Positions 59,784 to 64,000 of a DNA stretch of 64,000 bases are shown here, piece after piece. The notes beneath the pieces are model-generated. The model made no database searches. It was given only the letters and a program-made list of their open reading frames with translations, and was not told the DNA's origin. Each line of letters opens with the position of its first letter. The first letter of the stretch is position 1. Source of the DNA: Candidatus Hydrogenedentota bacterium. Lineage in GTDB: Bacteria; Hydrogenedentota; Hydrogenedentia; Hydrogenedentales; SLHB01. Both the position numbers and the translations under genes were made by a program. The DNA lies in the NCBI GenBank assembly GCA_020849535.1, contig JADLGB010000006.1, positions 43,534-107,533 of the forward strand. Reading direction: 5' to 3'.

Positions 59784-60908
59784 ATGCGAAGAGTGGCTTT
59801 AGTGTGTTTGTTAGCCGTGGCAATTGCTTGTACGACCGCGATCGCGCAGGAACCGGAGAAACTCGATCCCGCCAAGGCCGCCAAGGGGGCCGAAGGCATC
59901 CTGTGGTACAGCGTGCTGGACCTGGGTCTCGAAGGCAAGGGCTGGACGGATACGAAGCATCCCTATGATCGCTTGCCCGCGAAGGCGGAAGGCGTGGTCA
60001 CGGATAACGTGTGGAAGCTCTCGCACCACTCCGCGGGGATGTGCGCGCGATTCGTGACGGACGCGCGCGTGATTCATGCGCGCTGGACGGTCCGCAACGA
60101 CAATCTCGATATGCCGCATATGCCCGCGACCGGTGTGAGCGGGCTGGACCTGTACGTGCGCGGCCCGGAAGGTTGGGGCTGGGTGGCACAGGGACGCCCG
60201 AAGGAGAAGACGAACGAGGTGAAGCTGCTTGAGGGGATGCCCGAAGGTCCGCACGAGTACCTGCTTTATCTTCCGCTGTACAACGGCGTGGAATCCGTGG
60301 AACTGGGCATACCCGATGCCGCCTACATGGCGAAGGCAACGCCACGGCCCGCGGATAAGGCGAAACCGATCCTGGTCTATGGCACCTCGATCACCCACGG
60401 CGGCTGCGCGGCGCGTCCCGGCATGGCCTACCCGGCACTGCTGAACCGCTGGCTGGATCGCCCGTTTATCAACCTCGGCTTCTCGGGGAGCGGACGCATG
60501 GAACTGCCCATGGCGGACCTTCTGGGCGAGTTGGATTGCGCGGTGTACGTGCTCGACTGCCTGCCAAACCTGACCCCGGCCGAGGTCAGCGAACGCGTAG
60601 TGCCTTTCGTGAAGCGCTTGCGCGAACTGCGCCCCGATACGCCTATCCTTTTCGTGGAGAATATCCAATATCAGGCGGGGTGGTTCCTTGAAGGATCCAA
60701 GAAATCGTACGAGGAGAAGAACGCCGCGCTGACCGAAGCCTTTGACGCCTTACAGAAGGATGGAATCCAGGGACTTCACTACCTCTCCTGTTCCGAACTG
60801 CTGGGTCACGACCACGAGGCAACCGTGGACGGCACCCATCCCACGGACTTGGGTTTCTATCGCATGGCAGAGGCCATTCGCCCCGCGCTGGAAGCGATTC
60901 TGAAATAG
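59784..60908 (+). CDS. Secreted SGNH/GDSL-like hydrolase
   Basis: YGTSITHG, NLGFSG, DGTHP. Signal peptide and AAGGAG RBS. Confidence 0.9.
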   Translation: MRRVALVCLLAVAIACTTAIAQEPEKLDPAKAAKGAEGILWYSVLDLGLEGKGWTDTKHPYDRLPAKAEGVVTDNVWKLSHHSAGMCARFVTDARVIHARWTVRNDNLDMPHMPATGVSGLDLYVRGPEGWGWVAQGRPKEKTNEVKLLEGMPEGPHEYLLYLPLYNGVESVELGIPDAAYMAKATPRPADKAKPILVYGTSITHGGCAARPGMAYPALLNRWLDRPFINLGFSGSGRMELPMADLLGELDCAVYVLDCLPNLTPAEVSERVVPFVKRLRELRPDTPILFVENIQYQAGWFLEGSKKSYEEKNAALTEAFDALQKDGIQGLHYLSCSELLGHDHEATVDGTHPTDLGFYRMAEAIRPALEAILK

Positions 60909-61050
60909 ACCACTTGCTTCTCGGTAGACGGGAAATGGCTGGCTAGAAAAGCCGCCATCCAACGAATCTGCACCCGTAAACCTTTACGGCCCATTGTGTT
61001 GACGCGCAGTGGGCCGTGCTGTCTTTCGGAATCAACTATTCGGGAACAAC

Positions 61051-61099
61051 TACCTTGCAATACTGTATAGCTTATGATAAACTATACATTAAACGAGGC
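61051..61099 (+). promoter_or_regulatory. Sigma70 promoter with inverted-repeat operator upstream of padR
   Basis: TTGCAA-17-TAAACT with TGn. TGTATAG-N11-CTATACA inverted repeat. Confidence 0.65.
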
Positions 61100-61115
61100 A
61101 AAGGGAGTCCGGCGC

Positions 61116-61475
61116 ATGGAGCAGTTCAACGTCGATAACTGGGCGGCTCAGCTCCGCAGGGGCCTCCTGGAGTTGTGCGTCCTCAACATGGTGGCGCAAG
61201 GGGAAGTCTACGGCTACGATCTCGTCCGCCGCATTACCAACCTGCGCGGACTCGGCATCGCCGAGGGTTCGATCTATCCCCTCCTCTCGCGCATGCGCAA
61301 CGCGGGCCTGCTCCGCGCCCGCCTGGAAGAATCCCCCGCGGGCCCCGCGCGCAAGTACTACGCACTGACACCGTCCGGCATGAAATGCTGGGAGATGATG
61401 AATGCCCACTGGGATGAACTGGCGCAAGGTATCGGCAGTCTCCGCAATGGGCAAGGAGAGTCTGATGGAAACTGA
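61116..61475 (+). CDS. PadR-family transcriptional regulator
   Basis: QLRRGLLELCVL, YGYDL, EGSIYPLLSR, GPARKYYALT. Confidence 0.95.
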   Translation: MEQFNVDNWAAQLRRGLLELCVLNMVAQGEVYGYDLVRRITNLRGLGIAEGSIYPLLSRMRNAGLLRARLEESPAGPARKYYALTPSGMKCWEMMNAHWDELAQGIGSLRNGQGESDGN

Positions 61476-62874
61476 GCTGAAATCGTGGACCGACGAGGCC
61501 CAGAAGTACCTCGAAGGCTACCTGCAGCAAATCGAAGCGCTGATCACGGCCAAGGATGTCGATGCGGAAGAAGTGGTGAATGACCTGCGCACGCACATTT
61601 TGAATCTCGCGGCCGCACAGACCGGAGCGCTGGTCACGGTGCCGGAGCTGAAACGAATTCTGGCCACTGTTGGGACACCGGAAGATGTCGCCGACGCCAG
61701 GGCCGAGCTGGGTGCCGAACCTGAGGCAGAAGCCACGTGGGAAGCTCCGTACCTCAACCAACCCACGCCCGCACCGTGGAAACTGCCCGTATGGGCGTGG
61801 CCCGTCGGAGCGGTGGTGGTGCTGCTGTTCCCATTCGCCATCTACTTGATGATGGGAAAAGGAGCGGCGCCGGAGCAACCCGTGAGCGGCGAAGTCCCCG
61901 GGCGCCTGCTCCAGGGCTGGTTACAGGCCGGCACCAACCACACGGACTACAGCACAGGTTATGCGCTCACCGTGGACGGGATTTCGGGAGGGGCGATGTT
62001 TATTCGATCCACAGCCCCCGCACCCGAGGGGTTTTCGACAGTGATGCGTGAAGTGCCCGCGGACCCATTTCGCGGGCGGCGGGTCACCTTGTCCGGCTCG
62101 ATCCGTTCGGAGGATGTGGCAGGATGGGCGGGCATGTGGCTTCGCATCGATGGTCCCGGCGGTGAGGCACTGGGCTTCGACAACATGCAGGACCGCCCCA
62201 TCAAGGGGACCAACCCGGCACAACCATTCACCATTTCGCTGGATGTGCCCGCCGAGGCGGCACAGGTCGCCTACGGCGTGTTGCTGACGGGCGCCGGCGT
62301 GGTGTGGTTCAACGAGCCGAAACTCGCCGCGGATGGTCAGGCCATGGCGGTGCCACCGCCAAAGGCGCAGACTGAGGCCGAGGCAAAGCCCGCCGCCGCA
62401 TCGTCGCTGGATAGCTATCCAGATGCATTCATCAAGGCGAATTCCCACGACTACTTCTTCGCGCGAATGGCCAACCCGGAGGCCGGACGACATCAATTCG
62501 CGGGCCTTTGGGCGGTGACACGCAAGGCCGCGCTGGCGGATGCGGCGGGCAGGGAGGTCATCATCGGGCGGGCCCTTGAAATCGCGCAGGACCCAAGGAA
62601 CCCCTTCAACCAACGCTTCCAGTGCTGCTACGTCGCCAGTGCCTTTGAGGACGTCCGCACCATTCCTTATCTTGAAGCGATCCTCGTCAATGACGCAAAC
62701 GCCAAGCTGCGAGGCGTGGCGGCATGCGCGCTGGGACACTTCGAGTCACCGCTTGCGGACGATGCGCTGCGGCGCGCCCTCGCGAACGAGCCGGACGCGG
62801 AAACACAGAACTGGATTCGTAGGGCGCTGGCGGGTGAATTCCCGCGGCCAGCCTTGCCGGAGGGAGATTCGTAA
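61465..62874 (+). CDS. HAAS-domain bitopic protein with extracytoplasmic beta-sandwich and HEAT repeats
   Basis: YLQQIE...EVVNDLRTHI...VGTPEDVA, one TM, GWAGMWLRIDG...FDNMQDRPIKGT domain, HEAT-like C-terminus. Confidence 0.8.
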   Translation: METELKSWTDEAQKYLEGYLQQIEALITAKDVDAEEVVNDLRTHILNLAAAQTGALVTVPELKRILATVGTPEDVADARAELGAEPEAEATWEAPYLNQPTPAPWKLPVWAWPVGAVVVLLFPFAIYLMMGKGAAPEQPVSGEVPGRLLQGWLQAGTNHTDYSTGYALTVDGISGGAMFIRSTAPAPEGFSTVMREVPADPFRGRRVTLSGSIRSEDVAGWAGMWLRIDGPGGEALGFDNMQDRPIKGTNPAQPFTISLDVPAEAAQVAYGVLLTGAGVVWFNEPKLAADGQAMAVPPPKAQTEAEAKPAAASSLDSYPDAFIKANSHDYFFARMANPEAGRHQFAGLWAVTRKAALADAAGREVIIGRALEIAQDPRNPFNQRFQCCYVASAFEDVRTIPYLEAILVNDANAKLRGVAACALGHFESPLADDALRRALANEPDAETQNWIRRALAGEFPRPALPEGDS

Positions 62875-62969
62875 CTGCACGCTTGGGGCATCGGCAGAGT
62901 GCTCTCACCAATGCGAACACCTGAGCGTGAGACGATGGGAAACCCCAAGTGCGTGCGTTCAGCAGCCAG

Positions 62970-64000
62970 ATGCGTCTGCGTCGATTGGCAGAAACTGCAT
63001 TTCCAGCCATTGTGGCTATTGCTATGGCGCTCAATGCTCACGGTGGGGATGTCCACGCCGTCAATCCACACTGGAACGTTGGAGATTCATGGACGGTCGA
63101 TATCGAACTCTACTCGAGGGACTGGGCAGCGGACTTTTCTGATCCTAAAGTAGAAGCAAAGAAAAATATCCCCCACATTCTCGCGCGCTACTCGATGCGC
63201 ATTGAGGTCTCCGGAACAGAATCTGTTGACGGGACTGAGTGTTGGCAGTTGGACTTTGCGCCTATTCGCAACTCGGTGAGTGACGATTTAGAAGTTCTTA
63301 AGGACCGGCGTTACCGCGCTCTCGTGTCGAAGCGCTCAGGTTCCATACAAAAGGTTCAAATACTGGCGGGCGAGGACCCGGCTATGCCCGAAATCGTGCA
63401 CTTAGACGACACCGCGGTTCTGCTTTATCCGCCCTATGGTTTTCCCATCGAAATGATCCCATGGGGCGAAGAAAGCAAGGGAGCACGCGCGTTGGAAAGG
63501 ACCAGACGATTGGCCCTATCCCGCCAGCCCGTTGTAGTCGATGGAAAGCAAAAACGCTATTGCCAGCGCGTCCTAGACGGTGACAGGGAAGTACTTCGCG
63601 TCGAACAAACATGGAATGACGGGGCAAAGTGGTGGAAAGAGTTCACGAGCTATCGCGACGGACACATTGACCTCCATGCAACGCTGCGGCCGGTAGGTTC
63701 GCAGGAGGCAGCGTCGCTTGAAGAACAAGTCGGCGCACTATTTCAGGTGGGAGACAGCAAGAAACTCAGCGTCTCAGTCCCGAAGGAGGGATTTGTGGGC
63801 GCACCTCCTTCACCGGCCGCAATGCCATCCGGATACTGTGGATTACCGACGAAGAAAGAGGACTTTCGGACGAGGCGCTTACGCGTTGAAATCATCGACA
63901 AATACCCCACTGTGCACGGCATTCGCGTGGTACTACGTCTCGATGAAATTGATCCGCCCCCAAGTCTCGCGTCGGCTGGACCCGTGTATTACGCTTGCGT
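62970..64000 (+). CDS. Secreted hypothetical protein, 3' truncated by the window edge (absent from the ORF track)
   Basis: Manual translation from ATG 62970 (MRLRRLAETAFPAIVAIAMALNAHG...) has no stop before the window end. Signal-peptide-like N-terminus. Confidence 0.7.
   Translation, partial: MRLRRLAETAFPAIVAIAMALNAHGGDVHAVNPHWNVGDSWTVDIELYSRDWAADFSDPKVEAKKNIPHILARYSMRIEVSGTESVDGTECWQLDFAPIRNSVSDDLEVLKDRRYRALVSKRSGSIQKVQILAGEDPAMPEIVHLDDTAVLLYPPYGFPIEMIPWGEESKGARALERTRRLALSRQPVVVDGKQKRYCQRVLDGDREVLRVEQTWNDGAKWWKEFTSYRDGHIDLHATLRPVGSQEAASLEEQVGALFQVGDSKKLSVSVPKEGFVGAPPSPAAMPSGYCGLPTKKEDFRTRRLRVEIIDKYPTVHGIRVVLRLDEIDPPPSLASAGPVYYAC

Overview
GC-rich bacterial chromosomal window, probably Candidatus Hydrogenedentes or a relative (inferred from the DUF1559/H-X9-DG pilin-like proteins). 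About 50 CDS. Left part: two hybrid histidine kinases; a corrinoid methyl-transfer operon (two URO-D/MtaA-family proteins plus a divergent third, a corrinoid protein, a MetH-type activation domain, a homocysteine S-methyltransferase and MtaB); a response regulator; a PadR gene followed by three paralogous HAAS-domain membrane proteins; a type III PKS/flavoprotein/methyltransferase trio; rhodanese and thiC. Middle and right parts: a lytic transglycosylase; a GntR(YtrA)-ABC operon; two pilin-like genes; two lipoprotein pairs; a TMTC-like glycosyltransferase; an hflX-NUDIX-radical SAM run; sialidase-like, anmK, beta-propeller and SGNH hydrolase genes; and a second PadR-HAAS pair. No rRNA, tRNA, CRISPR array or intact transposase was seen, but the intergenic DNA holds several families of REP/MITE-like repeats. 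Best leads: (1) a split methionine synthase in which MtaB takes the place of the folate module; (2) a pilin-signature motif missing from one pilin-like gene but present in its unrelated, translationally coupled neighbour; (3) a PadR-HAAS array with conserved ends and variable cores; (4) a structured thiC leader with no TPP riboswitch signature. All calls come from manual reading and motif recognition; nothing was searched or computed.
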